The notes: generated by a model not told the origin, from the sequence alone. A stretch of 64,000 bases of DNA from Candidatus Uhrbacteria bacterium (GCA_018664485.1 JABJOE010000006.1:71294-135293), one strand, 5' to 3'. Shown: positions 1 through 10,095, counted from the stretch's first letter. Program-made: numbers and translations.

Positions 1-19
1 TTTTCTTAGGCAACAACAT
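1..19 (-). CDS. rplP: 50S ribosomal protein L16 (N-terminal codons only, gene runs off the window start)
   Basis: Reverse complement of 1-19 reads ATG TTG TTG CCT AAG AAA (MLLPKK), matching the L16 N-terminus; position immediately downstream of rpsC as in S10 operons. Confidence 0.5.
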
Positions 20-25
20 ACAGTA

Positions 26-727
26 CTAGTTACGCTTTCGTGGTTTTGGTTTCTCAATTGAGCTACCTTTTTTATCAGAAGCACTCTCTTCGAACACTTC
101 ACCTCTGTAGATCCAGACTTTAATTCCAATTGCTCCGTAGATAGTTCTTGCAGGAACACGAGCATAACTCACGTCTGCACGAAGGTTATGCAATGGGATT
201 GATCCATCGTGAACAATTTCCTTACGAGCAATATCTGCACCGTTAAGACGTCCAGAAACCTGAATCTTTACACCTTTCGCACCAGATTTCATAACGCGTT
301 CACGCGCCATCTTCATTGAGCGACGGAATGGCAAACGACGTTCGATCTCTTGAGCTACCCCTTGAGCTACAACACGTGCAGATAGTGAAGGGTTCTTGAT
401 TTCCTGAACATTGATGATGATATTCGTTCGTGTACCACGATAGAAGCGCTTTTTAAGCTCCTTCTTCAGGTCATTGATTCCAGCACCAGAACGTCCAATC
501 ACAACTCCAGGCTTAGCCGTGAAAATAGCGATCGTGATCTTCTCAGCGTTACGATCAATTTCGATATGATCAACACTTGCCTCTTTCAAACGAGTCATCA
601 AATACTCACGAATTCCAACATCGGCTCGCAAATTACTAATGTAATTATTGCGGTTACCAAACCATTTGGAATCCCACGAGTAAATCGTAGCCAAACGGAA
701 CACTTTTGGATGTATCTTTCGTCCCAT
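26..727 (-). CDS. rpsC: 30S ribosomal protein S3 with lysine-rich C-terminal tail
   Basis: 233-aa ORF; KH/S3 signature segments (GHKVHPKVFRL-like N-term, GVKIQVSGRL); conserved order rplV-rpsC. Confidence 0.93.
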   Translation of the reverse strand: MGRKIHPKVFRLATIYSWDSKWFGNRNNYISNLRADVGIREYLMTRLKEASVDHIEIDRNAEKITIAIFTAKPGVVIGRSGAGINDLKKELKKRFYRGTRTNIIINVQEIKNPSLSARVVAQGVAQEIERRLPFRRSMKMARERVMKSGAKGVKIQVSGRLNGADIARKEIVHDGSIPLHNLRADVSYARVPARTIYGAIGIKVWIYRGEVFEESASDKKGSSIEKPKPRKRN

Positions 728-730
728 AGG

Positions 731-1171
731 TTATTTCTTCGTTGTTTTCTGTACTGGAGCCTTTTTGGCAACAGACTTCTTAGCTGCTTTTTTCTCTGCT
801 GGCTTTTCAGCCTTTTCTACCTCTTTTACACCCTCTCCTTCCGGAGCTCCAACCTCAATCATAATGTGAGACATTCGCTTTCGGATCGGAGCTGAACGAC
901 CATGCGCACGTGGGCGGTGACGATAGAATGTTGGTCCATCATCAACGGTCGCTGCAGTAATAACAAATCCAGTAGTATCAAGCTTGTTGTTATTTTTTGC
1001 GTTTGCCATTGCTGAGTTCAATGCTTTCAAAACCGGTTCAGCGGCGTTCTTCTTTGAAAACAACAGTTGGTGACGAGCCATCTCGACCTCCATACCGCGC
1101 ACCAAATCAACCACAAGACGCGCCTTGCGTGGAGATACTCGAATATATTTTGCTGTTGCTTTAACGTTCAT
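731..1171 (-). CDS. rplV: 50S ribosomal protein L22 with basic C-terminal extension
   Basis: 146-aa ORF, L22-like core (ARYIRVSPRKARLV..), gene order rpsS-rplV-rpsC. Confidence 0.88.
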   Translation of the reverse strand: MNVKATAKYIRVSPRKARLVVDLVRGMEVEMARHQLLFSKKNAAEPVLKALNSAMANAKNNNKLDTTGFVITAATVDDGPTFYRHRPRAHGRSAPIRKRMSHIMIEVGAPEGEGVKEVEKAEKPAEKKAAKKSVAKKAPVQKTTKK

Positions 1172-1176
1172 ACTTT

Positions 1177-1437
1177 TTATTTACCTCCTTTTCCACCGTG
1201 ACGAACAAATTTTCGTGTTAGTGCGAACTCACCAAGTTTATGTCCAACCATGTTCTCAACGATTTTAACATCGATGAATTTCAATCCGTTATGCACAGAT
1301 ATGATCAATCCAACCATCTTTGGAGAGATTGTTGATGAACGTGACCAGGTCTTAATCTTTGTACCTGGAGTCGCTGCAGCAACCTTCTTTTCCAATGAAG
1401 GGTAAATGTATGGTCCTTTTTTTAGGCTTCTAGACAT
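1177..1437 (-). CDS. rpsS: 30S ribosomal protein S19
   Basis: 86-aa [23 protein letters not shown], classic S19. Confidence 0.93.
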   Translation of the reverse strand: MSRSLKKGPYIYPSLEKKVAAATPGTKIKTWSRSSTISPKMVGLIISVHNGLKFIDVKIVENMVGHKLGEFALTRKFVRHGGKGGK

Positions 1438-1440
1438 AGG

Positions 1441-2277
1441 CTACTTTCGCTTTTTACGGCGGCTGATAATCATCTTGTCTGACTTACGCTTTCGGCGGGT
1501 CTTAACACCACGAGCCAGTTTTCCGACATAAGTCTTAGGACCACGTCGTAGACCAATTGAGTTGCGACCTTCTCCACCACCATGAGGGTGGTCTACAGGG
1601 TTCATCGCCTTTCCTCGAACTGTTGGTCTCTTTCCACGATGTCGTGAGCGACCAGCCTTTCCCCAGCGAATCAATCGCCAGTCAGGATTTGATGTTGAAC
1701 CGATTGAGGCCATACAAGTTGCAAGCACACGTCGCATCTCACCAGAAGGTAGGCGTAATGTTGCCCACTTCCCTTCAACCGCCAAAAGTGATGCGCTTGT
1801 TCCAGCTCCTCGCACAATCTGACCACCTCGGCCAGGCTGTAACTCAATGTTGTAAATGTTCATTCCAAGAGGGATCTTATCAAGTGGGAATCTACATCCT
1901 ACTTGAGGATCTCCTTTTTCCTTTGAAGTAACGATCTTCATTCCGACTTCCAATCCCTGCGGTGACAAGATATATCGTTTCTCACCATCAGCGTATGAGA
2001 TTAGTGCAACACGTGCACCACGGTTCGGATCATATTCGATCGTCTTTACTGTTGCTGGTACGTCGATTTTATCGAATTTCCAGTCAATCTGACGAACATG
2101 TCGCTTTGCTCCACCTCCACGGTGACGAACAGCGATTTTTCCGTGACTTCGTCCAGCCATCTGCTTCTTATGCTTAAGAAGCTTCTTGTGAGGCTTTGAC
2201 GTAGTAACATCATCAAACGTTTGGACACTCGACTTACGTCGTCCAGGTGTTGTTGGTTTGTGTACTCGGATACCCAT
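1441..2277 (-). CDS. rplB: 50S ribosomal protein L2
   Basis: ORF track extends to 2394, but the L2 N-terminus MGIRVHKPTTPGRR begins at the ATG at 2277..2275, preceded by GAAGGAG RBS; this placement removes the overlap with rplW. Confidence 0.92.
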   Translation of the reverse strand: MGIRVHKPTTPGRRKSSVQTFDDVTTSKPHKKLLKHKKQMAGRSHGKIAVRHRGGGAKRHVRQIDWKFDKIDVPATVKTIEYDPNRGARVALISYADGEKRYILSPQGLEVGMKIVTSKEKGDPQVGCRFPLDKIPLGMNIYNIELQPGRGGQIVRGAGTSASLLAVEGKWATLRLPSGEMRRVLATCMASIGSTSNPDWRLIRWGKAGRSRHRGKRPTVRGKAMNPVDHPHGGGEGRNSIGLRRGPKTYVGKLARGVKTRRKRKSDKMIISRRKKRK

Positions 2278-2278
2278 A

Positions 2279-2719
2279 TTATACTCCTTCAAAGATATCA
2301 ATGTGTGATCCTTCAGGTAGTGTGATGATCGCTTTCTTCCAGTCGCTACGTTTTCCCATAGTTTTTCCAAAACGCTTGCGCTTTCCACGAACATTCATCA
2401 CATTCACTTTTGTTGGGACAACATTGTAAAGTGCGTTAATCGCGTTACGGATAGCGACACGATTTGCGCCCGTTGCAACACGCAACACTAGAATGTTCTT
2501 GTCAGACAACATTGCAGTCTTTTCCGTAACAAGAGGTCCAAGCAAAACTTCATGAGCTTTTGCAAGCGCCTCAAGTGAAGAGTCGTTCTTCTTTTTTGCT
2601 GTCTTTTTTGTAACCGAAGCCTTCTTCGCAACCTTTTTGGCTGCTGGCTTTTTAGCTACCTGCTCTACCTTAGGAGGTCGAGCTTCGTTTTTTTCAGTTT
2701 TCTTATTGAAAATTCCCAT
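2279..2719 (-). CDS. rplW: 50S ribosomal protein L23 with ~45-aa lysine-rich N-terminal extension
   Basis: C-terminal 95 aa match L23 (KNILVLRVATGANRV..); position between rplD and rplB. Confidence 0.85.
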   Translation of the reverse strand: MGIFNKKTEKNEARPPKVEQVAKKPAAKKVAKKASVTKKTAKKKNDSSLEALAKAHEVLLGPLVTEKTAMLSDKNILVLRVATGANRVAIRNAINALYNVVPTKVNVMNVRGKRKRFGKTMGKRSDWKKAIITLPEGSHIDIFEGV

Positions 2720-2721
2720 AT

Positions 2722-3351
2722 CTATGCGAAGTGTGAAACCATTTTTTCAATCGCTGCCTTTGAAGCAATGATGTACTGGTAACGAGCAAGATCACGAACA
2801 TTCAAGCTTTCTGCACCGATCGTTTCGGTTCGCTGAAGATTCTGTGCTCCACGAATCATAGATTCGTCACCCTTTACAGTAACAATAAGAGCCGTATTCT
2901 TTGCTCCTGGCAACTTCTGTCGCATCTCTGCAACAACCTTTGTCTTTGCCTCAGCCATGTCAAACGTATCAAGTGCAATGAACCTATCGTCTGCAACCTT
3001 ATCAGTTAGCATCATTGCCAACGCCTTTCGCTTAGCTTTCTTGTTGATCTTCTTTGAAAAGTTACGCAAAAGGTTAGGACCAAAAGTCACACCACCACCA
3101 ATCCAAATCGGTGATCGTCGAGAACCGTGTCGCGCACGACCTGTTCCCTTCTGCTTCCAAGGCTTACGTCCACCACCACGCACAGCAGATCGATCTTTCG
3201 TATTCGCACGAATGATTCGGGCGTTTGCACGCTGCGCAATAATAGCCTGGTGAACTAGCTCAGGAGATACCTCTACACCAAACAATGTATCAGGCAGTTC
3301 CTGTACTCCAGCTTTGGTTCCGTCCATTTTGTATAGATCTACGCTCGCCAT
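2722..3351 (-). CDS. rplD: 50S ribosomal protein L4
   Basis: 209-aa ORF, L4 family (GGGRKPWKQKGTGRAR). Confidence 0.92.
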   Translation of the reverse strand: MASVDLYKMDGTKAGVQELPDTLFGVEVSPELVHQAIIAQRANARIIRANTKDRSAVRGGGRKPWKQKGTGRARHGSRRSPIWIGGGVTFGPNLLRNFSKKINKKAKRKALAMMLTDKVADDRFIALDTFDMAEAKTKVVAEMRQKLPGAKNTALIVTVKGDESMIRGAQNLQRTETIGAESLNVRDLARYQYIIASKAAIEKMVSHFA

Positions 3352-3959
3352 ACGTCTCCGTTAGATGCTGCAATAATTACGTAACCTCCGCGTGCACCTG
3401 GAATTGCTCCTTTTACAGCAATAATGTTTTCTTTTTCGTTTACTTGAACTACTTCAAGGTTTTGAACCGTTACCTGTTGTCCACCCATGCGACCTCCCAT
3501 GCGAGTCCCTTTAAAGACACGCTGAGCACCGGTAGCACCAATAGAACCAGGCATACGTAGCTGATCTTTGTGACCATGAGACGCAGGTCCACCTTTGAAC
3601 CCATGACGTTTCACAACACCTTGGAATCCTTTTCCTTTAGCTGTTCCAATAACATTGACCGTTTCCCCTACCTCAAAGGCAGAAGCGACAACCTTGTCTC
3701 CTCTTGCTGGAGCTTCTCCGTCAATCGGAAACTCTTTTACAAAGGCAAATGCTCCAAGCTCCTTCCAATCCTCAAGCTGAGGTTTTGAAACGCTCTTCTT
3801 TGAACCAAATCCCAATGTAGCTGTTTGGACACCAGCTTGGTTTGTACGTACTTGCGTAATCGTACATGGCCCAGCCTGAATCAACGTGACCGGTACAACC
3901 GTTCCGTCTTCTCCAAAGACCTGAGTCATTTCAATTTTTCGTCCTAAAATTGCTTTCAT
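3339..3959 (-). CDS. rplC: 50S ribosomal protein L3
   Basis: 206-aa ORF, L3 family (GKGFQGVVKRHGF). Confidence 0.92.
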   Translation of the reverse strand: MKAILGRKIEMTQVFGEDGTVVPVTLIQAGPCTITQVRTNQAGVQTATLGFGSKKSVSKPQLEDWKELGAFAFVKEFPIDGEAPARGDKVVASAFEVGETVNVIGTAKGKGFQGVVKRHGFKGGPASHGHKDQLRMPGSIGATGAQRVFKGTRMGGRMGGQQVTVQNLEVVQVNEKENIIAVKGAIPGARGGYVIIAASNGDVWRA

Positions 3960-4277
3960 ATTCTCATGCTGACAGTGGAATCGCGGTTACTCCCCAATTC
4001 TTGATCAGTAATATTTGTTCGAACTTTTTACACGATCACAACTGATAATGCAAATGATGCGAACAAAAAACGAGAAGGCGTTCAATGAACGACACTCCCG
4101 CCTTACACAAATATAGTGTTAGGCATGTTTTAATTTCTCAAATGGCGGGTCCCTTTCTAGTGCACCTTACGGCGCCCCTCCGTACGAAGCGGCGAGAAGG
4201 TTTTCCTCGGCAATGCCTTGGATCTTTCTTCTCGGTCCGAGTTGGGAGAGTGTGTAGTGAGTATAAATCTCTTTGTA

Positions 4278-4397
4278 GGACTCACAGATTTGAGTTCAAT
4301 TTCGGTGCACAGGATGTCAGCGCCGGAGCCGTACTCAAGGTACGGTGACTAAATGAAAGGCTCCTGTAAGCCGGAAGTGGACCAAAGCTGTGAGTCC
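4278..4397 (+). ncRNA. Structured RNA element (copy D of a multi-copy family) in the 440-nt rplC-rpsJ spacer, oriented antisense to the ribosomal operon
   Basis: 10-bp closing helix ggactcacag/ctgtgagtcc; inner helix GGAGCC/GGCTCC; apical hairpin CCGTAC-TCAAG-GTACGG; 3' tail GAAGTGGACCAAAG homologous to copies at 22389, 29861, 45462; promoter-like TTGGGA..TATAAA at ~4239-4268 on the + strand. Confidence 0.45.
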
Positions 4398-4402
4398 TAA
4401 CT

Positions 4403-4732
4403 TTACATTTTGATTTCAATGTCTACTCCTGCTGGTAGATTGAGTGACATCAATGAACTGATTGTGCTTTCACTAGGACTGAGAATATCAATCAATCGCT
4501 TGTGAATACGCATCTCATACTGATCACGAGACTTTTTGTGCACAAAGGTCGAACGGTTAACCGTGAAACGACGCTTTTCAGTTGGCAATGGAACAGGCCC
4601 TAGGGTCTGCGCTCCAGTGCGCTGTGCAGTCTTCATGATCGTCTCACAAGCCGTGTCGATCAACTTGTGATCATACGCACGGATCTTGATACGAATGCGC
4701 TGTTTTGTTTCTTTGTCTGTTTTTGCGGTCAT
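4403..4732 (-). CDS. rpsJ: 30S ribosomal protein S10
   Basis: ORF to 4771, but the S10-like N-terminus (MTAKTDKETKQRIRIKIRAYDHKLID) begins at the internal ATG; this leaves a ~60-nt gap to tuf. Confidence 0.88.
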   Translation of the reverse strand: MTAKTDKETKQRIRIKIRAYDHKLIDTACETIMKTAQRTGAQTLGPVPLPTEKRRFTVNRSTFVHKKSRDQYEMRIHKRLIDILSPSESTISSLMSLNLPAGVDIEIKM

Positions 4733-4793
4733 AGAAGGTACGATTTCAACGATAAGTGGGGAAGGCCGCAAGCGGACTTCCCCAAAATATCTC

Positions 4794-5972
4794 TTATTCT
4801 ATAATCTTTGTTACAACTCCAGCTCCAACTGTTCGTCCACCCTCTCGGATAGCGAAACGCATCTCGTCTTCCATAGCAACAGTCTTACCAAGTTCAACAG
4901 TAACGTTAACTGTATCTCCAGGCATAACCATCTCAGAACCTTCCGGTAGAGCTACGATATCTCCAGTAACATCCGTTGTTCGAATGTAGAACTGTGGCTT
5001 GTAACCTTTGAAAAATGGCTTGTGTCGTCCACCCTCTTCCTTTGTCAAAGCGTAAATCTTTGCTTCGAACTTTGTGTGTGGCTTAACAGTACCAGGAGCA
5101 GAAAGCACCATTCCGCGCTCAATGTCATCCTTCTTAACACCACGCAATAGGATTCCAGCGTTGTCTCCAGCCATACCTTGGTCGAGGTTCTTGTTGAACA
5201 TCTCAACTCCAGTAACAACTGTCTTTGAAGTTTCTCGCAAACCAACGATTTCTACTTCTTCGTTTACGTTTACGATTCCACGTTCAATTCGACCAGTAAC
5301 AACCGTTCCACGACCTTCAATAGAGAAAACGTCCTCAATTGGCATCATGAATGGCTTTTCAGTCTCACGCTTTGGCTCAGGGATGTACTCATCCAAAGAC
5401 TTTACAAGCTCTTTGATTGGTCCCTCAGCGTCTCCACCGTCCTCGATAGCCTTTAGAGCAGATCCACGGATGATTGGTGTCTCATCTCCAGGGTATTCGT
5501 ACTGCTTAAGAAGATCGCGAACCTCCTCTTCAACTAGGTCGATCAACTCAGGATCGTCAACCATGTCAACTTTATTCAAGAAAACTACGATTGCCGGCAC
5601 TCCAACCTGACGAGCAAGAAGGATGTGCTCACGCGTCTGAGGCATAGGACCGTCAGCAGCTGATACAACCAAAATTGCACCATCCATCTGAGCAGCACCT
5701 GTAATCATGTTCTTCACGTAGTCCGCGTGACCTGGACAGTCAACGTGAGCATAGTGACGAGCCTCTGACTCATACTCCACGTGTGAAGTAGAAATAGTAA
5801 TACCACGCTCCTTCTCTTCTGGAGCATTGTCGATTTGGTCAAAAGCCTTCGTCTGAGAATCAGGTGAGAAGATCTTTGACAAAGCAGCCGTCAACGTAGT
5901 CTTACCGTGGTCAACGTGACCAATAGTACCAACGTTTACGTTTGGCTTACTGCGAACAAACTGTTCTGCCAT
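4794..5972 (-). CDS. tuf: Elongation factor Tu
   Basis: 392 aa; [22 protein letters not shown] GTPase motifs. Confidence 0.97.
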   Translation of the reverse strand: MAEQFVRSKPNVNVGTIGHVDHGKTTLTAALSKIFSPDSQTKAFDQIDNAPEEKERGITISTSHVEYESEARHYAHVDCPGHADYVKNMITGAAQMDGAILVVSAADGPMPQTREHILLARQVGVPAIVVFLNKVDMVDDPELIDLVEEEVRDLLKQYEYPGDETPIIRGSALKAIEDGGDAEGPIKELVKSLDEYIPEPKRETEKPFMMPIEDVFSIEGRGTVVTGRIERGIVNVNEEVEIVGLRETSKTVVTGVEMFNKNLDQGMAGDNAGILLRGVKKDDIERGMVLSAPGTVKPHTKFEAKIYALTKEEGGRHKPFFKGYKPQFYIRTTDVTGDIVALPEGSEMVMPGDTVNVTVELGKTVAMEDEMRFAIREGGRTVGAGVVTKIIE

Positions 5973-6198
5973 ATAAAATAGTTATTACCCTAGGGGGTGG
6001 GTTTTTAATGGTATCAGCGCCTAAATCAGCCCTGATACAAGCGCGGAGACTATAACAAAATCTAGCTTTTCTTGCAAGTCCCTGGCGTACATATCCTGTG
6101 GAAGAACCCTGCGTTTGGAAAAATGGCCAATATAAGCAGAATACACAACCTGTAATGTAGCCATTTTCAAATTGCCTAAAAACCGGCTTTTTAAGTCT

Positions 6199-6621
6199 TT
6201 ACTCAATCGGTTCAAGATAGAACTGCTCTTCACCTAGATCATCCGCTTTTGCAGACCCTTGATCTGGTGCCTCGGGTATTGGAGGGTCAAATGGAACGTC
6301 CTCAACAGTCACTTCAGGGGCTTCAGATACAGCCTCTTCTCCAGGGAATGGAAGGTCTTGGTCCATTTCTTGCAAAGGGACCTCGTCAGGCACGCTGTAC
6401 TCAGTGTTTTTCATCGTTTCTTCCGAAGAATATGGCCAATCTTCGTCAATAAATTCACCATCAACCTCTTCTTCACCCATAATGAGGCCGTCAACCATGG
6501 CTTCATAGGTCTCCAAAGGAAGCAAAACAGCCGGTTCATCACCATCTTGATCGGTAACAATTACTGGTGAGCCGGTTTTCTTTGCTAGGCGAAGTAGTCG
6601 TTGCATTGTTTGTTTATCCAT
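6199..6621 (-). CDS. Hypothetical highly acidic protein; N-terminal ~50 aa resemble a Phd/YefM-type antitoxin fold (weak)
   Basis: ORF 6199..6657; probable start at MDKQ; segment SPVIVTDQDGDEPAVLLPLETYEAMVDGL followed by a long D/E/P-rich tail. Confidence 0.4.
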   Translation of the reverse strand: MDKQTMQRLLRLAKKTGSPVIVTDQDGDEPAVLLPLETYEAMVDGLIMGEEEVDGEFIDEDWPYSSEETMKNTEYSVPDEVPLQEMDQDLPFPGEEAVSEAPEVTVEDVPFDPPIPEAPDQGSAKADDLGEEQFYLEPIE

Positions 6622-6756
6622 ATAGCCGCATCTTAATCGAAGGAGAGATAACGTCAAGACGTAAAGTTACTTATATGCACAAATCCCCCAGCGCAAGCGC
6701 CGAGGGAAGAACGTGCCATTTAATGGCAAAGTTGTGACTCAGATACTAGGTCGATC

Positions 6757-6793
6757 GTTTTCGCATATGCAGTTACGCTGCGTATGCGAAAAT
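6757..6793. terminator. Hairpin gTTTTCGCATATGCAG-ttacg-CTGCGTATGCGAAAAt downstream of the response-regulator gene
   Basis: ~15-bp stem with one mismatch, flanked by T/A runs. Confidence 0.4.
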
Positions 6794-6822
6794 TACCGTT
6801 CTATTCCGATTTGGGCCTGGAC

Positions 6823-7299
6823 TCAGCTCTTTGGAGCCTGAATTGACGGCTGTTTCGGGAGCCACTCAGCAAGAGTGAGAAGAACGAACGGGGGAAGCTT
6901 CCCTCTCGTGACGAGCATGGTGACGATCATCGCCACCAAGACAGCCCGGGCGATCGGCTTACTTCCGAACAGCACACCAGCAGGAACCAGCGTACTGTGA
7001 AGCCCTGTCTGCATGAGAAATGGAATCCCGTGACGTCCGATCACGCCAGACGATTCCCTGAGAAACTCAGGCCCGCCCATGCGGTTCATACTGACGTCAC
7101 ACAGGATGAAATCGATCTCCGATCCTCGATCGGCCACGACCGCCATAGCATCCGTTCCGTCTTCCACCAGAATGACCTCGCCAATGGCGATGTCCAAAGC
7201 CTCGAATGTACGACGCAGCATGCGTTCCATGCCGCGCAGAATCGCCCCCTCATCGTCAACGACGAGAAAACAGATAGGTCTGGGTTCACCAGTATTCAT
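6823..7299 (-). CDS. Single-domain CheY-like response regulator (REC) with hydrophobic C-terminal tail
   Basis: VVDDE, phospho-acceptor-like FILCDVSM, KP motif (GSKPI); C-terminal ~40 aa hydrophobic; locally GC-rich; start chosen at MNTGEPRP. Confidence 0.6.
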   Translation of the reverse strand: MNTGEPRPICFLVVDDEGAILRGMERMLRRTFEALDIAIGEVILVEDGTDAMAVVADRGSEIDFILCDVSMNRMGGPEFLRESSGVIGRHGIPFLMQTGLHSTLVPAGVLFGSKPIARAVLVAMIVTMLVTRGKLPPFVLLTLAEWLPKQPSIQAPKS

Positions 7300-7395
7300 T
7301 TCTCTACCTCCAGATTCGCATACACCAACACGGCGCATGACTGAGCATAATGCCATATTATATGGCTTTTGTCAATCCCCACCCTACAAACAAAA

Positions 7396-7426
7396 AACAG
7401 GCCCGCTTTCGCGAGGCCTGTTTTTA
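7396..7426. terminator. Bidirectional intrinsic terminator after fusA
   Basis: AACAGGCCCGC-tttc-GCGAGGCCTGTT hairpin flanked by A-run and T-run. Confidence 0.55.
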
Positions 7427-7441
7427 ATTTCTACTTTGTAA

Positions 7442-9547
7442 CTATGACTTCTGACCAGTTCGTTTTTCCTTAATTTCTTTTGCAACGTTTCCTGGCACCT
7501 CTTTATACTCATGGAATTCCATTGAGTAACTTGCACGACCCTGTGTGATGGATCGAAGGTTTGTTGCATATCCGAACATCTCAGCAAGTGGAACGATAGC
7601 TGCGACCGTCTTTACATCTCCACGATCACCCATCTCCTGAACCTGGGCACGCTTTGAGTTTAGGTCACCAACAACAGTTCCCATGTAATCTTCTGGAGTT
7701 ACAACTTCGACTTTCATAGTTGGCTCAAGAAGTACTGGTTTTGCCTTGAGTGCAGCCGCTTTAAACGCCATCACACCTGCCATTTTAAAGGCTGATTCGT
7801 TTGAGTCAACATCATGGTATGAACCATCGTAAACAGTGGCCTGAATGTTGATAAGTGGGTAGTTAGCGATAACACCACGCTCGAGAGCCTCTCTACAACC
7901 CTTTTGCACAGCTGGAACATACTCACGTGGAATAGCTCCACCCTTCAACTCATCAACGAATCGGAAGTTATCCAACTCACCATCTTCATTTGCTTCTGTA
8001 ATAGGTTTGATACGAAGCCGACAATGTCCGTACTGACCACGTCCACCTGACTGCTTAACGTACTTTCCTTCACCCTCAGCTTCCTCACGAATCGTTTCAC
8101 GGTAACTCACCTGCGGTCGTCCAACGTTTACTCCAACGTCGAACTCACGCTTCATTCGATCAACAATAATTTCCAAGTGAAGCTCACCCATTCCTGACAC
8201 AATAGTCTGCATTGTCTCCTCGTCCGATCGAACACGGAATGTAGGATCCTCTTCAGACAACTTCTGCAAAGCAAGTGACATCTTCTCCTGGTCCTGCTTT
8301 GTGATCGGCTCAAGTGCCAAAGAAATAACAGGCTCAGGGAATGTGATTGACTCAAGTGAAATCGGGTGTTCCGGATCACACAATGTGTTACCAGTTGTAG
8401 TTTCTTTCAATCCAACAACAGCAGCAATTTCACCAGCGTATACCTCGCTCACTTCCTCTCGGTTGTTTGCGTGCATTCGCACAATACGAGAAATTCGTTC
8501 TTTCTTTCCGGTAGATGCATTCAATACGTAAGATCCAGATTTCAATGTTCCAGAATAGATTCTAACAAATGCCAACTTTCCAATGAACGGATCAGTTGCG
8601 ATCTTAAAGGCAAGTGCAGCCATCGGTACATCGTCCTTAGCCTCACGCGAAAGTACTTTTTCTTCGTCCTCAATATCAGTTCCTTCAACAGCCGGAATAT
8701 CCAACGGAGACGGAAGATAATCAATAACAGCGTTCAACATTAGCTTCACACCCTTGTTCTTCAAGGCTGTTCCACACATAACTGGGAAAATATCCAAACC
8801 GATAACGGCCTTACGCAAAATTCGTTTCAAATCCTCGTATGAAGGCTCTTCTCCAGCAAGGTACTGCTCCATTGCAGCTTCGTCATTTTCAACGATTGCT
8901 TCGATAAGCTTTCCGCGCCATTCCTTTGCTGCGTCCATGTATTCAGCTGGAACATCAACCTCATCGATATCCTTTCCAAGCTCGTCGCGATACATGAATG
9001 CCTTCATCTTTAGAAGGTCGATAATACCGTCGAAACCAGCCTCTTCTCCGATTGGAAGCTGAATTGGGTAAGCCTTCTTTGTAAGACGATCAGTAATTGA
9101 CTGAAGGTCTTTGAAAAAGTCTGCTCCAGTTCTATCAAGCTTATTGATAAAACAAATACGTGGCACGCTGTACTTATCAGCCTGGCGCCAAACCGTTTCT
9201 GACTGAGGCTCAACTCCTGCAACACCATCAAACACAGTCACACCTCCATCAAGCACACGCAATGATCGCTCAACTTCTACTGTGAAGTCAACGTGTCCAG
9301 GTGTATCGATGATGTTAATACGGTGGTCCTTCCAGAAACATGTAGTCGCTGCAGACGTGATAGTAATTCCACGTTCCTGCTCCTGCTCCATCCAGTCCAT
9401 CTCAGCCTCACCTTCATGCACCTCACCAATCTTGTGCTTTTTTCCAGTATAAAAGAGAACTCTTTCTGTAGTAGTAGTCTTTCCTGCGTCAATGTGGGAA
9501 ATGATTCCGATGTTTCGAACATTGTCTAGAGAATATTCACGAGCCAT
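7442..9547 (-). CDS. fusA: Elongation factor G
   Basis: 701 aa; [20 protein letters not shown] domains IV/V. Confidence 0.97.
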   Translation of the reverse strand: MAREYSLDNVRNIGIISHIDAGKTTTTERVLFYTGKKHKIGEVHEGEAEMDWMEQEQERGITITSAATTCFWKDHRINIIDTPGHVDFTVEVERSLRVLDGGVTVFDGVAGVEPQSETVWRQADKYSVPRICFINKLDRTGADFFKDLQSITDRLTKKAYPIQLPIGEEAGFDGIIDLLKMKAFMYRDELGKDIDEVDVPAEYMDAAKEWRGKLIEAIVENDEAAMEQYLAGEEPSYEDLKRILRKAVIGLDIFPVMCGTALKNKGVKLMLNAVIDYLPSPLDIPAVEGTDIEDEEKVLSREAKDDVPMAALAFKIATDPFIGKLAFVRIYSGTLKSGSYVLNASTGKKERISRIVRMHANNREEVSEVYAGEIAAVVGLKETTTGNTLCDPEHPISLESITFPEPVISLALEPITKQDQEKMSLALQKLSEEDPTFRVRSDEETMQTIVSGMGELHLEIIVDRMKREFDVGVNVGRPQVSYRETIREEAEGEGKYVKQSGGRGQYGHCRLRIKPITEANEDGELDNFRFVDELKGGAIPREYVPAVQKGCREALERGVIANYPLINIQATVYDGSYHDVDSNESAFKMAGVMAFKAAALKAKPVLLEPTMKVEVVTPEDYMGTVVGDLNSKRAQVQEMGDRGDVKTVAAIVPLAEMFGYATNLRSITQGRASYSMEFHEYKEVPGNVAKEIKEKRTGQKS

Positions 9548-9627
9548 ATAATATTTGATTTGATTGTTTGTAGAAAGATCACAGCGGAGCTCAATTTCTG
9601 CGCGCCGTGATAAGCGGAGTCAGTAGC

Positions 9628-10095
9628 TTAACGAGCGAAGTGAGCGAAAGCGCGGTTGGCATCTGCCATACGCTGAACATCCTGTCGTTTCTTCACTGAA
9701 TCTCCCTCTCCCTCAGCACCTGCGATAAATTCTGCTGCAAGACGTTCCGCCATTGGGCGCCCCTTCTTTCCACGAGCTGCTAACAAAATCCATCGGTATG
9801 CCAATGCATAGCGACGATCTCCACGAACAGGTGTTGGGATCTGGTAGTTTGCACCACCAACACGTCGTGATCGAACTTCAACAGCTGGAATAATATTTTT
9901 CATTGCAAGATCAAAAACATCCATCGCTGGTTTTCCGGCCTTCTTCTCCATTATTTCGAAGGCATCATAGACAACACGCTGAGCGGTGGACTTCTTTCCA
10001 TCAAGCATAACGTAGTTAATGAGCTTGCTCACTAATACGCTTTTATACTTTGTATCTGGTTGTAGAACTCGTTTTACGGCTTGCTTACCTCGCAT
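9628..10095 (-). CDS. rpsG: 30S ribosomal protein S7
   Basis: 155 aa S7 family; between rpsL and fusA. Confidence 0.93.
   Translation of the reverse strand: MRGKQAVKRVLQPDTKYKSVLVSKLINYVMLDGKKSTAQRVVYDAFEIMEKKAGKPAMDVFDLAMKNIIPAVEVRSRRVGGANYQIPTPVRGDRRYALAYRWILLAARGKKGRPMAERLAAEFIAGAEGEGDSVKKRQDVQRMADANRAFAHFAR

Noticed and set aside
1441-2394. Full 317-aa ORF as rplB
   Set aside because: The first 39 codons overlap rplW. The conserved L2 N-terminus (MGIRVHKPTTPGRR) starts at the internal ATG with a strong RBS, so the long form is a start-codon artefact.
4320-4345. Group II intron domain V-like string GAGCCGUAC..GUACGGU
   Set aside because: The stem is only 6 bp with a 5-nt loop, against ~14 bp with a GNRA loop and a bulge in real domain V. 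No other intron domains or IEP ORF are present.
4330-4397. SRP (4.5S) RNA, because of a CCGGAAG(U)GG / AAGCUG string resembling the domain IV consensus
   Set aside because: The string lies on the 3' flank rather than at the apex of the hairpin. The whole unit is one of at least four paralogous copies, which does not fit a single-copy ffs gene.
5074-5610. 178-aa + strand ORF inside tuf, and similar antisense ORFs inside fusA, the giant surface-protein gene (e.g. 15069..15899), leuS, gyrA and infB
   Set aside because: They lie entirely within strongly supported genes on the opposite strand and have low-complexity Ser/Pro/Thr-rich translations typical of shadow ORFs in antisense frames.
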